This document shows, in pieces, positions 8,701 to 16,974 of a stretch of 64,000 nt of DNA; within the stretch, counting starts at the first letter, position 1, and each line of letters begins with the position of its first letter. The notes under the pieces are model-generated. The model saw only the letters and a program-made list of their open reading frames with translations. It searched no databases and had not been told where the DNA came from. Both the position numbers and the translations under genes were made by a program. This DNA is from Chitinophagales bacterium (GTDB lineage Bacteria > Bacteroidota > Bacteroidia > Chitinophagales > JADIYW01): NCBI GenBank assembly GCA_046329865.1, contig JAXLTW010000004.1, positions 91,533-155,532 of the forward strand, written 5' to 3'.

Positions 8701-11049
8701 TACCCTTTGGAGATATTTTTTCTGCCAAGGTTCATCAAATTTTACTTTTGTTAAAAAATTATCTTCAACCCTCATTACAGAAAGTAATTTTCGTAATGAT
8801 TTAGACGAATATGCAGCATATTTTGATGGAAACTTCGGAAATGTTTCAAAATTTTTGCATAAACTCTCAAATATTTTTTCATCAACTTCAGGGCCTTCTA
8901 AATACTTTCTAAAAAAGTTTTGAATACTAGTTTTTCCAAATTTCGGATTATTTTTATCTTTTGTCTCACTTTGCTTTGTTCGCTCTTTTGGACTAACAGA
9001 ATATAAATAATGCCATAGCTCAATTTCTTTTTTTTGCGTCATAAAACTTTCAAAGTCAGTAAATCCAGATTGTTTAAACTTGTTTTCAAAGCTCTTTCTA
9101 GTTTCATTTCCCTTAAATTCTTCTTCTTCAGGAAAATTCCACAAAATTTTCCTTTCTCCTTTCTTGCCAACATCTAACCCGAATTGCTTCTTGCAAAAAT
9201 CTAAAAAATCATCAATTGCAACTGTTGAGCGTTTATTGAAATGCTTAAATAGCGCTTGATAATCGTCGGGTTTAAAATACTCGGATGTTATATCCACATT
9301 CGTTTCAGACTTTCCTTCCGCATCTTTTGCTTCTAATTGAATCAATCTGATGTTATGGATTTTATCCCATATTCGAAACTCCTGAAATAATGGGTGTGAG
9401 GCTGATACCGCTTTTTTATAGATAGGTCTTTCGGTAACTTCTCCTGTTGTTGTATCAATTTCTTCTTTCCAATAATCGATTTCATATTTACAGTCAGCAA
9501 TTTCAGATTTTTTGGGTTTCAAAGGTCTTTGATACAGCAAAATATCTTCGACAAGCAAATGAGCTAGAGCGTTTTTGTTTTGAAATAATGCTTTTGCGTG
9601 TACTTCGTTATGAGGATATAAAAGTTTCACGCATTGCTCAAAAACCGATTGGTCTTCTAAGGTTTTGTGAAATTGTCTTTGTGTAGCAATAATTTGCTTA
9701 AGTTCTTCACGGTAAAATTTTCTATCAATGGTTTGAAATAAACCACCAATAATTTTAGTTCTGTTTCCCGTTTCTGCGTCGCTTTTTATAATATCATATA
9801 TCTTAGGGGATATAAAATATTTGACCAAATTGGTTTCTTTATCTATATAACCTTTTTCGATGTTAAATTTGATTGCATCTTTTTCTGTTTTCTTCTTAAG
9901 TAATGTCCAATCCTTACTTCCTTCGCTATTAAAGTCAGGTGTCTTTATGCTTGGAATTAGTGTTTCTGGTTGACCTTTGATATTATATGTGTTTGATATT
10001 ACAAATAAATCTTTAGCGATTTTTCCTTCGTTTTCTAGTTTGGTTGCTAAATCGTGATAAGATTTATTCGGTTTCTCTTTTTTTTGTTCTTTTATCCAAC
10101 CGTTAGAGTAAATGAAATAGTATATTTGCTTGAATATTTTGTCATCTGTTTCTTTGTGTTCTATTTTTGAAAGAGTCAGGTTGTATAAATCACTTATTTG
10201 ATATACCACTTTTTCCTTTTCGATATTTCCTGCATTGTCTAGTTTAGAAATTTTTAAAACCTCTTTTATCTCGTCTTTGAACGTAAGTTGTTCATTAGTA
10301 TATTCTTTATAGGTAAAGTTTTCAGCATCGTTTAGTGTTATTTCATAGAAAGTACCATTTTTATCAGATTTTTTCTCGGAACTGATTACTTTTAAATCTA
10401 ATAATTCCTTTATTTCATCAGATTTTTCATTGTTATTTTCAATTTCATCGAGTTCTGTTCCTCTTTTTTGATTATAGCTTAATAACACCCAAGCAAGTTC
10501 TTCTAAAGAAATTTTTTCTTTCAATGCTTTTTGTCTTAGATAATAAATAGCCCAATCCTTTGGTACTCTCTTTCCTTTTGTATTTTTAATTTCTGAATTT
10601 ACTTTCTGCAAATCCTTTACCATTTCTTCAAAAGCATCTTCAAAATAAAATGCTTGTTTGTTTTCACTGTTTTTAATAGGCAAATACGCAATTTTAGGCT
10701 CGGTTTCATCTTTGAATTTTCCACATCTCTTACCATTTCTTTCAAAATCAATTTCAATTTTGTAATGCTCTGGTAATGCTTCCAATAAATTCAAGACTAA
10801 GTGTAGGCGATCTCTCCTTAAAAGATAACGCTCTTTTGTAATCCTTGCACGATGAAGTGCAGTCCTATTTCCAGCTGCACTTGTGATTTTCTGCCCAGCA
10901 TTGAATTTCGAAAATTCCTGCCCATCCATAGGAATAATTCTTGCTCCAATCCCTACTATTTTTAATAATTTCTCTTTGTAGTCAATTTCAATTAATGCCC
11001 AGCCAATGCTGTTTGTTCCTAAGTCTAATCCTAATATCTTTTTCATCAT
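5782..11049 (-). CDS. cas9: CRISPR-associated endonuclease Cas9, 1755 aa
   Basis: RuvC-I is GLDLGTNSIGWA (D9). The arginine-rich bridge helix is RTALHRARITKERYLLRRDR. RuvC-II is IHLEVARE (E917, codon at 8299-8301). HNH is YNIDHILPRASVTNDSLNNKVV (D1050-H1051, codons at 7897-7902). RuvC-III is DHRHHALDALIVA (H1253, codon at 7291-7293). Confidence 0.97.
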   Translation of the reverse strand: MMKKILGLDLGTNSIGWALIEIDYKEKLLKIVGIGARIIPMDGQEFSKFNAGQKITSAAGNRTALHRARITKERYLLRRDRLHLVLNLLEALPEHYKIEIDFERNGKRCGKFKDETEPKIAYLPIKNSENKQAFYFEDAFEEMVKDLQKVNSEIKNTKGKRVPKDWAIYYLRQKALKEKISLEELAWVLLSYNQKRGTELDEIENNNEKSDEIKELLDLKVISSEKKSDKNGTFYEITLNDAENFTYKEYTNEQLTFKDEIKEVLKISKLDNAGNIEKEKVVYQISDLYNLTLSKIEHKETDDKIFKQIYYFIYSNGWIKEQKKEKPNKSYHDLATKLENEGKIAKDLFVISNTYNIKGQPETLIPSIKTPDFNSEGSKDWTLLKKKTEKDAIKFNIEKGYIDKETNLVKYFISPKIYDIIKSDAETGNRTKIIGGLFQTIDRKFYREELKQIIATQRQFHKTLEDQSVFEQCVKLLYPHNEVHAKALFQNKNALAHLLVEDILLYQRPLKPKKSEIADCKYEIDYWKEEIDTTTGEVTERPIYKKAVSASHPLFQEFRIWDKIHNIRLIQLEAKDAEGKSETNVDITSEYFKPDDYQALFKHFNKRSTVAIDDFLDFCKKQFGLDVGKKGERKILWNFPEEEEFKGNETRKSFENKFKQSGFTDFESFMTQKKEIELWHYLYSVSPKERTKQSETKDKNNPKFGKTSIQNFFRKYLEGPEVDEKIFESLCKNFETFPKFPSKYAAYSSKSLRKLLSVMRVEDNFLTKVKFDEPWQKKYLQRVNIILEKCATINWSAKEIDYSKSVLNEVDTKHGELPYPKGLFNTFKSFTKIEDFRFLNLTQASYFIYGRHSELAQAKYWDSPQKIRGEINKELKHHSLNNPVAEKVLKETMKVVADIWEYYGKSSKNFFSEIHLEVARELQKSNNEKKEIAERQKNSRTENERLRNILEEFLSQSPYNAKKGNQDHFERLKIVEDGAKARSYSEKRFYDDNSGKFDKKEIEVILKKQRISKTDFEKYKLWIEQGYRSPYTGEMIKLTDLFNGNKYNIDHILPRASVTNDSLNNKVVCEAFLNRFKSDNTAREFIAQFGGKSHTIFDEILNKKITFELMNEETYVSLVKTQFRDAKRFILLSKEVPTGFTDSQMNNAKHIARKAMELLSHVVREEGEVEFRSKNLLPVSGAITDKLKKEWKFNQVWTELLTPRFERLNVLHKSEDFGKYKISKSGHKYFDINTKYILEKNEKFEIKRLDHRHHALDALIVALCTENHVQYINNVNSGLNYKKKEKIEAIKKQRAGIKRQIMYSEPNKENPNERVWIYMLPGSFRTKLSEVNDKSSVIDMDWQNNYSNTRRKDYKKVALEALEHCIVSFKNDFKLISKSSNKYESYYDENGDLRLDPNGRPIKGFISQKNDNNKHWSVRKPLHTDNPSAEIILHYDRLKITDNIGKANLIIDERIRDAVKEILGMHDNKIGETKKYISKNPISFNDEVIEFADFKIANTKYRKRQPITSLSIRTGTGALSTSDAIKDRIYKIADLKLRNDLLLHLQNNDNDIDKAFSTEGIEEFNRNRKIPVKRLPISESASLKFSIGKKKSNSHKWVETGGNFHFRITKTEGNTNYETISLRVAIKEEKDKILSKENGLIDLNEDIILSPNDLVYIPTENEQKNINVASFGSLNKAQIKRVYKFVSCTDKEAHFIPYSNASEIVKNENGTNSKSERMQDFLDSNCSYDKNEKPIMIKEFCIKLKVDRLGNISKA

Positions 11050-11114
11050 TTATAGTAGTTTTATGATATTTACTCTAATTTATTAAAAATATTTCTTTAA
11101 TCTGATTTTTTCTA

Positions 11115-11122
11115 TATATTTG
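11115..11122 (+). promoter_or_regulatory. Bacteroidota -7 promoter motif (TAnnTTTG) for the tracrRNA
   Basis: TATATTTG is an exact match to the consensus. It ends 5 nt before the anti-repeat. Confidence 0.55.
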
Positions 11123-11126
11123 CAGT

Positions 11127-11205
11127 ACACAATTTAAAATCAATTCACAATAAGGATTATTCCGTTGTGAAAACATCTAAGGCGGGGCAACTCGCCTTTT
11201 TTTAT
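11127..11205 (+). ncRNA. tracrRNA (anti-repeat, linker and terminator hairpin)
   Basis: ACACAATTTAAAATCAATTCACAA (11127-11150) is the exact reverse complement of repeat nt 2-25. It is followed by TAAGGATTATTCCGTTGTGAAAACATCT and the terminator AAGGCG-GGGCAACT-CGCCTT plus a T7 run (11179-11205). The 5' end is inferred from the promoter motif and has not been mapped. Confidence 0.85.
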
Positions 11206-11331
11206 TATTGAGAGACATAGAATCCCTGCTTTCCATAAATATCTCCCCATTTTTATCTCCACACCCGTTTAAAACTCTTTTTGTATTTATAATCTCAGTG
11301 CCTTATACTTGCAGTGGAAGAGTACTGATTT

Positions 11332-13914
11332 ATGTCCACCGAAGAATACAACGAACAGCAGAACGGCCACATTACCACTATCGACGGCTTATATGAGAAC
11401 TGGTTTTTAGATTACGCCTCCTATGTCATCATGGAACGTGCCGTCCCGGCATTGTACGACGGGTTTAAACCCGTGCAGCGTCGTATCCTGCATGCCATGA
11501 AGGAAATGGATGACGGGCGCTACAACAAGGTCGCCAACATCGTTGGTAGTACCATGCAGTACCACCCGCACGGAGATGCTTCCATCAATGATGCCATCGT
11601 CCATATCGGTCAAAAAGATTTACTCATCGACTGTCAGGGCAACTGGGGCGATATCCGTACCGGCGACAGCGCCGCAGCACCCAGGTACATTGAAGCCCGT
11701 CTTTCTAAATTCGCTCTCGACGTCGTATTCAACGAAGACACCACGGAATGGCAATTGTCCTACGATGGCAGAAAGCGAGAGCCGGTGGAATTGCCGGTCA
11801 AATTTCCCCTGCTGCTCGCACAGGGCGCCGAAGGAATTGCGGTGGGCTTGTCCACCAAAATCATGTCGCACAATTTCTGTGAGCTGATAGATGCATCCAT
11901 TAAATACCTGCGCAAAGAGCCGTTTGAACTGTTTCCGGATTTCCTTACTGGCGGCCTGGTAGATGTACGTGAATACAACGACGGCAAACGCGGTGGTCGT
12001 ATTCGTGTACGCGCGAAAATAGAAATTGTCGATAAGAAGACACTCAAAATAACGGAAATCCCTTTTGGCACCACCACCACGGATTTGATTGATTCTATTC
12101 TGAAAGCCAACGAAAAAGGCAAAATTAAAGTAAAGAAAGTGGTGGATAATACCGCCAAAGATGTCGAGATACTGATAGAACTGCAGCCGCAGGTGTCGCC
12201 GAGTGTGACCGTGGATGCCCTCTATGCCTTTTCAGATTGCGAGTTGTCCATCTCCCCAAATACCTGTGTGATAATAGGCGATAAGCCGCATTTTATCGGA
12301 GTAACAGAAGCCCTGAAACTATCTACCGATACGACACTGGAACTACTGAAACGCGAGCTGGAGATAGAATTGAAAGACCTGGAAAATAAATGGCATTTTT
12401 CATCGTTGGAGAAAATCTTTATTGAACAAAAAATTTATCGCGACATAGAAGAGGAAGAAACCTGGGAAGGGGTGATTGCCGCCATCGACAAAGGACTGAC
12501 GCCTTTCAAAAAACTACTGATGCGCGAAGTGACGGAAGAAGATATCGTTCGGCTGACGGAAATCAAGATCAAACGCATTTCGAAATTCGACAAAAAGAAA
12601 GCGGATGAATACATCAGAGGACTGGAAGAGCAGATGGAGGAAGCGAAAAAGAATTTAAAGTCGCTGACAAAATACGCGATACGATATTTTGAAGAACTGC
12701 TCAAAAAATATGGCAAAGGCAAAGAGCGCAAAACGGAAATAGCCTTGTTTGATGTGGTGGAAGTGAAAACGGTGGCCGCCAATAATGAAAAACTGTATGT
12801 CAACCGCGCCGAAGGCTTTATCGGATTTGGTAAGGATTTGAAAAAAGAGGAATTTATTTCCGAGTGCTCCGACATTGATGATATCATTGCATTTATGAAA
12901 GACGGCACCATGAAAGTGGTGCGCAATTCCGAAAAGGTATTTGTTGGCAAAGACGTGATCCATGTGGCGGTCTGGAAAAAGAACGATGAACGTACCACCT
13001 ACAACTGCGTTTATCTGGATGGCAAGTCGGGAATCAGTTATGCAAAACGGTTTAACGTAACTTCCATTACCAGAGATAAGGAATATCCGATTACGCAGGG
13101 AAATCCGAAATCTAAAATTTTATATTTTTCCGTAAACCCGAACGGCGAAGCGGAAAGCTGCAGCGTGGTGTTGTCGCCTTCGTGCAGCGCGCGCAACAAG
13201 GTGTTTGAATTTGATTTTTATAATCTCGATATCAAGGGGAGAGGTTCGGTAGGAAATATCGTAACGAAATATCCGGTAAAGAAAATAGAGCAGAAAGGAA
13301 AGGGCAGAACTACGCTCGGCGGCGTGGAAATCTGGCTGGACGATACCGTGGGACGTTTGAATACGGAAAAACGCGGCCGTTATTTAGGCTCCTTCCAGAA
13401 TGATGACAGGATACTGGTGGTGCTGAAATCCGGCGAATACTACCTGACTAATTTTGATCTGACGAACCGCTATTCGATGAATGACCTATTTGCCATTGAC
13501 AAATTATATCCCACCACCACCATAACGGCGGTGCATTATTCGGACAGCAAGAAAGCAAATTATGTGAAACGTTTCTTGATTGAAACCACTACCATTGATA
13601 CCAAATACAATTTCATCTCGGATGAATCGAATGCACGGCTGGTTTTCGCCACCTTATACACCAATCCGACGGTAGAATATACGCTGGATGCTGGCAAGGG
13701 CAAAGTAAGTGCGCCCTATACCGAAAACCTGGCTGATTTTATCGAAGTGAAAGGCTGGAAAGCCATCGGAAATAAATTATGCGGCGGCTCCATTAAAGAG
13801 ATAAAGCTGGTGGAAACGGCGCACGATGATGAACAGGACGCTAACTTTGACGTAGCGTTCGAAATCACCAACTTATCCGACAAGAAAGAACCCGAACAGG
13901 GAGAGTTGTTCTAA
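11332..13914 (+). CDS. parC: DNA topoisomerase IV subunit A (GyrA/ParC family, Bacteroidota ParC-like)
   Basis: YASYVIMERAVPALYDGFKPVQRRILHAM, MQYHPHGDASI and the catalytic-Tyr context AAPRYIEARLS. The 860-aa length fits ParC rather than GyrA. Confidence 0.85.
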   Translation: MSTEEYNEQQNGHITTIDGLYENWFLDYASYVIMERAVPALYDGFKPVQRRILHAMKEMDDGRYNKVANIVGSTMQYHPHGDASINDAIVHIGQKDLLIDCQGNWGDIRTGDSAAAPRYIEARLSKFALDVVFNEDTTEWQLSYDGRKREPVELPVKFPLLLAQGAEGIAVGLSTKIMSHNFCELIDASIKYLRKEPFELFPDFLTGGLVDVREYNDGKRGGRIRVRAKIEIVDKKTLKITEIPFGTTTTDLIDSILKANEKGKIKVKKVVDNTAKDVEILIELQPQVSPSVTVDALYAFSDCELSISPNTCVIIGDKPHFIGVTEALKLSTDTTLELLKRELEIELKDLENKWHFSSLEKIFIEQKIYRDIEEEETWEGVIAAIDKGLTPFKKLLMREVTEEDIVRLTEIKIKRISKFDKKKADEYIRGLEEQMEEAKKNLKSLTKYAIRYFEELLKKYGKGKERKTEIALFDVVEVKTVAANNEKLYVNRAEGFIGFGKDLKKEEFISECSDIDDIIAFMKDGTMKVVRNSEKVFVGKDVIHVAVWKKNDERTTYNCVYLDGKSGISYAKRFNVTSITRDKEYPITQGNPKSKILYFSVNPNGEAESCSVVLSPSCSARNKVFEFDFYNLDIKGRGSVGNIVTKYPVKKIEQKGKGRTTLGGVEIWLDDTVGRLNTEKRGRYLGSFQNDDRILVVLKSGEYYLTNFDLTNRYSMNDLFAIDKLYPTTTITAVHYSDSKKANYVKRFLIETTTIDTKYNFISDESNARLVFATLYTNPTVEYTLDAGKGKVSAPYTENLADFIEVKGWKAIGNKLCGGSIKEIKLVETAHDDEQDANFDVAFEITNLSDKKEPEQGELF

Positions 13915-14071
13915 TCTATAAAAACGTCATTCTTGTGAATACGGGAATCTCCTTTTGAATTGACATTTATCAGATTTTCCGTGAAATCAGGGGTAATCTG
14001 TCAGCATTCTGCTGAAAAAATTTTCTGAAGTCGATTCCATTTGCTATATTCGATTACCAAAACTCTTTAAA

Positions 14072-14842
14072 ATGAAGTATTTATCTATCAAATCCAATCG
14101 GATTTTTCTTCTCTTGTTGCTGTTTATTACAGGTTCTGTTTATGCTCAATCCGGTACCAAAACGGTTTTGCAATGGGCTGTATTAGCGAAAAATGGTGAG
14201 AAAAAACTGGCGGGTGCAAATCTGACCGGTGTTCAACTGCAAAAAGTGGATTTAAGCGGAGCGGATTTGAGCAATGCTAATTTAACCGGAGTTAACCTGA
14301 GTGAAGCGAATTTGACAGGAGCGAAATTATACGGCTGTAATTTAACCGGCGTTAATTTTACGGGAGCGAATTTAACAAGAGCGAATTTTTTAGCCACTAA
14401 TATGCATTTTGTCAATCTCAAAAATGCAAATCTGACACAGGCGCTTTTACAGGAAGCAGATTTGCAATATGCTATTCTGAATGGCGCTGATATGACTGCC
14501 GCTAATCTTATTTTATCCAACCTTCAGAATGCCGATTTGCAAAATACAAATCTGTCGCAGGCGTTGTTTGTGTATGAATCCACCCCGACAGCACAGTCTA
14601 CCACCATTTATGAAAATAAACCCAAATCGGGAAGCAGTGCGGCAGAAGCTGCAAAAATATTAGCCCCTGAAATTGTAGAGACGGAGTCTTTAGGAATGGC
14701 ACTCGAGAAAATGGAACAAACGAAAACTATGCCGGTCAGACTTACCGGTGCAAAGATTAATACCAATACGAAAGGTATCACAACTGCCTGGGCTAAAAAG
14801 AATGGAGCGGTGTTGGTGCCGGCTACAGGGTTGATCAAATAA
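14072..14842 (+). CDS. Secreted pentapeptide-repeat protein
   Basis: Signal peptide LLLLLFITGSVYAQ followed by long A(N/D)L(T/S)G-type pentapeptide repeats. Confidence 0.8.
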   Translation: MKYLSIKSNRIFLLLLLFITGSVYAQSGTKTVLQWAVLAKNGEKKLAGANLTGVQLQKVDLSGADLSNANLTGVNLSEANLTGAKLYGCNLTGVNFTGANLTRANFLATNMHFVNLKNANLTQALLQEADLQYAILNGADMTAANLILSNLQNADLQNTNLSQALFVYESTPTAQSTTIYENKPKSGSSAAEAAKILAPEIVETESLGMALEKMEQTKTMPVRLTGAKINTNTKGITTAWAKKNGAVLVPATGLIK

Positions 14843-14851
14843 AGATGCAGG

Positions 14852-15718
14852 GTGTTTGTACTTCCCACACCTTTACAGCCTATTCAGAACCATCTTACCC
14901 GAGCGAATAATATCCGTTTATTCCTGAAACGGGATGATTTGATTCATCCGGAAATTTCCGGCAACAAATGGCGTAAGCTAAAGTATAATATAGCGCAGGC
15001 AAAACTGGAGCATAAATCCACCCTGCTGACGTTCGGCGGAGCGTATTCCAATCATATAACGGCAACTGCGGCTGCGGGAAAACTGCTGGGATTTAGGACC
15101 ATCGGGATTATAAGAGGAGAGGAGTATCACCCGTTGAATAAAAGCCTGCAATTCGCGGTGGATGCCGGCATGCAGCTAATCTACCAGAGCAGGACAGCCT
15201 ATAAAAACAAAGAAACGATCCCTGCTGCATTATTTCCAAATCTTGATTCCATATATGTCATTCCAGAAGGCGGCGCCAACGGCCTGGCCGTTAAAGGCTG
15301 TGAGGAGTTAGTAGCAGAAATAGATACTGACTTTGATTATATCTGTTGTGCCTGCGGAACCGGCACCACGCTGGCCGGGATTGCCGGTCATTTAAAACCA
15401 CATCAGCAGGCGATAGGGTTTCCGGTGCTGAAGAATGGGGCGTTTTTGTCGGATGAAATTAAAAGGCTCACTTCAGCCGATTTTCAGTTGATGACGGATT
15501 ATCATTTCGGAGGCTATGCCAAAACCACGCCTGAACTTCTTCAGTTTATAAAGGATTTTTATACCGAACATCAGGTGCTGCTCGATTATGTTTATACCGG
15601 AAAAATGATGTATGGCATTATGGATTTAATTGCTAAAGGTTATTTTCCGCCGGAGTCCACCGTTATTGCCGTTCATACCGGTGGCGTGATGAATGCCAAT
15701 GTATTGGATACAAAATAA
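14852..15718 (+). CDS. PLP-dependent 1-aminocyclopropane-1-carboxylate deaminase / D-cysteine desulfhydrase family protein
   Basis: GNKWRKLKYN (PLP-lysine context), TFGGAYSNH and a glycine-rich GTGTTLAG loop. The start is an apparent GTG. Confidence 0.75.
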   Translation: MFVLPTPLQPIQNHLTRANNIRLFLKRDDLIHPEISGNKWRKLKYNIAQAKLEHKSTLLTFGGAYSNHITATAAAGKLLGFRTIGIIRGEEYHPLNKSLQFAVDAGMQLIYQSRTAYKNKETIPAALFPNLDSIYVIPEGGANGLAVKGCEELVAEIDTDFDYICCACGTGTTLAGIAGHLKPHQQAIGFPVLKNGAFLSDEIKRLTSADFQLMTDYHFGGYAKTTPELLQFIKDFYTEHQVLLDYVYTGKMMYGIMDLIAKGYFPPESTVIAVHTGGVMNANVLDTK

Positions 15719-15722
15719 TGTT

Positions 15723-16829
15723 CTACTGCTTAATTCTTTTTAATTCCTCCCATTTTTGTTCGTTCATTAGCTCATCTTGGTTCGGGTCATACCCCTGTAA
15801 TGTGGTACCAATATACTCTCCGTTGTTGTTCATCCAATATTGATTCGCACCTTCCTGTACCTTATAGGTTTGTCCGGTTGCTGTATTTTGAACATTCGTA
15901 CGTTCATAAATATTATCTACAAATTGTTCCTGATTCTTATCACTTGCTGCATTGCGTTGTTTCCATCCGCTCATAATGGCATCATTGATAGCTTCGCTTT
16001 TATTGACAAATGCGCGCTGGCTGGCTTCAAAAGCAGCCTGATTTTTTGCCATCCTTTGATTAAAGGCCGCCCAGCTCTGTCCAACCCGTTGGGCTTCCTG
16101 TTTATTGTAAGCAATTATAGGTTCCAGGTTATAGCGCATATTAGACAGCGAAAAAATGTATTGTTTTTTGGCCTTTTCAAAATAAGCAGGTGCTGCCTCT
16201 AATCCGGATGACAGGTAGTACCAGTATTGCATGGCTGGAGATGTGCTGATATTCAGATGAATCAACAGGAAATATGGATTCCCGTCTTTCGTCTTCCATT
16301 CTGTGCCATAGGCTGTAGCTGTAGTTTTACTCGGAAGGGCCTTAAATAATTGGTCGCTGTACCATTTATCCAATTTTGATATTTCCGGGAGTTCATAGTG
16401 CTTTACAAACTGCATACCGTTGTTGCTGAAATAGGGAATGAAATCTTCCTGAATCAGCCGTTCAATTCCAGGCATTTCCCGCATTTTTTGCCCGCTTTGA
16501 TCATATGAACGTTGAAGTCTTTCATCATAATTATACATAAAAGATTGAAGCTTAAAATCAGTTACCTTAATTCCATGCGGGCCGGAAATACCGGTTTTAG
16601 AATCAACTGTCCAAGAGGAGGGAACAGGAATTAACGCCATAACGGTTCCGTTTCCGTCTTTTATTTCCTTCATTTCAAGCTTTTCCCAAAAATTAGAGGA
16701 TTTTGAATCTTTATTTTTAGAAACAGATCCGTCTGCTCCTGAAAAATTCTCTCCGTTCTCTTGTTTTTTGCTGTTGGTGCATCCTGCTAAAATGAGGGTA
16801 TAGACAACAATTAGAAAATAAGTTCTCAT
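15723..16829 (-). CDS. Hypothetical lipoprotein
   Basis: Lipobox LILAGC at the N-terminus. No domain recognised. Confidence 0.6.
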   Translation of the reverse strand: MRTYFLIVVYTLILAGCTNSKKQENGENFSGADGSVSKNKDSKSSNFWEKLEMKEIKDGNGTVMALIPVPSSWTVDSKTGISGPHGIKVTDFKLQSFMYNYDERLQRSYDQSGQKMREMPGIERLIQEDFIPYFSNNGMQFVKHYELPEISKLDKWYSDQLFKALPSKTTATAYGTEWKTKDGNPYFLLIHLNISTSPAMQYWYYLSSGLEAAPAYFEKAKKQYIFSLSNMRYNLEPIIAYNKQEAQRVGQSWAAFNQRMAKNQAAFEASQRAFVNKSEAINDAIMSGWKQRNAASDKNQEQFVDNIYERTNVQNTATGQTYKVQEGANQYWMNNNGEYIGTTLQGYDPNQDELMNEQKWEELKRIKQ

Positions 16830-16926
16830 AGTTTTTAAGTTTAACTGAAAAATGGTTAACTAAAAATACCACATATTTTCCGGAATGGGTAGAGTTTTAT
16901 AGAATGCCTGATGCAAGTTTTTCTAC

Positions 16927-16959
16927 AAAAAAAAAGCCGTCATTGACGGCTCTTTTTTT
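16927..16959. terminator. Bidirectional Rho-independent terminator
   Basis: A9 run, AGCCGTC-ATT-GACGGCT hairpin, then a T-run. Confidence 0.7.
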
Positions 16960-16974
16960 ATGATAGGATGGTAA

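Noticed and set aside
5795-9686. Short + strand ORFs within cas9 (5795-6019, 5893-6102, 6551-6748, 7733-7960, 9447-9686)
   Set aside because: They are antisense to cas9 in AT-rich DNA, where long stop-free antisense stretches occur by chance. No motifs are present.
5782-11049. Cas9 fused to an additional enzymatic domain (for example transposase, nuclease, RT or deaminase) that would explain its size
   Set aside because: Reading the 1755-aa sequence, I found no second catalytic motif set. The extra length looks like expanded REC and C-terminal regions rich in Lys/Asn/Glu. Structure prediction is needed to say more.
11208-11396. 62-aa ORF between the tracrRNA and parC
   Set aside because: It starts in the tracrRNA terminator T-run, overlaps the parC start, and has no motifs. 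The region is better explained as the parC promoter and 5' UTR.
11407-12998. Multiple 68-187-aa ORFs on both strands within parC (11407-11613, 11510-11887, 11620-11871, 11760-12158, 12435-12998, 12655-12963)
   Set aside because: All lie inside the strongly supported 860-aa ParC frame. Their translations are low-complexity Ser/Pro/Arg-rich shadow frames.
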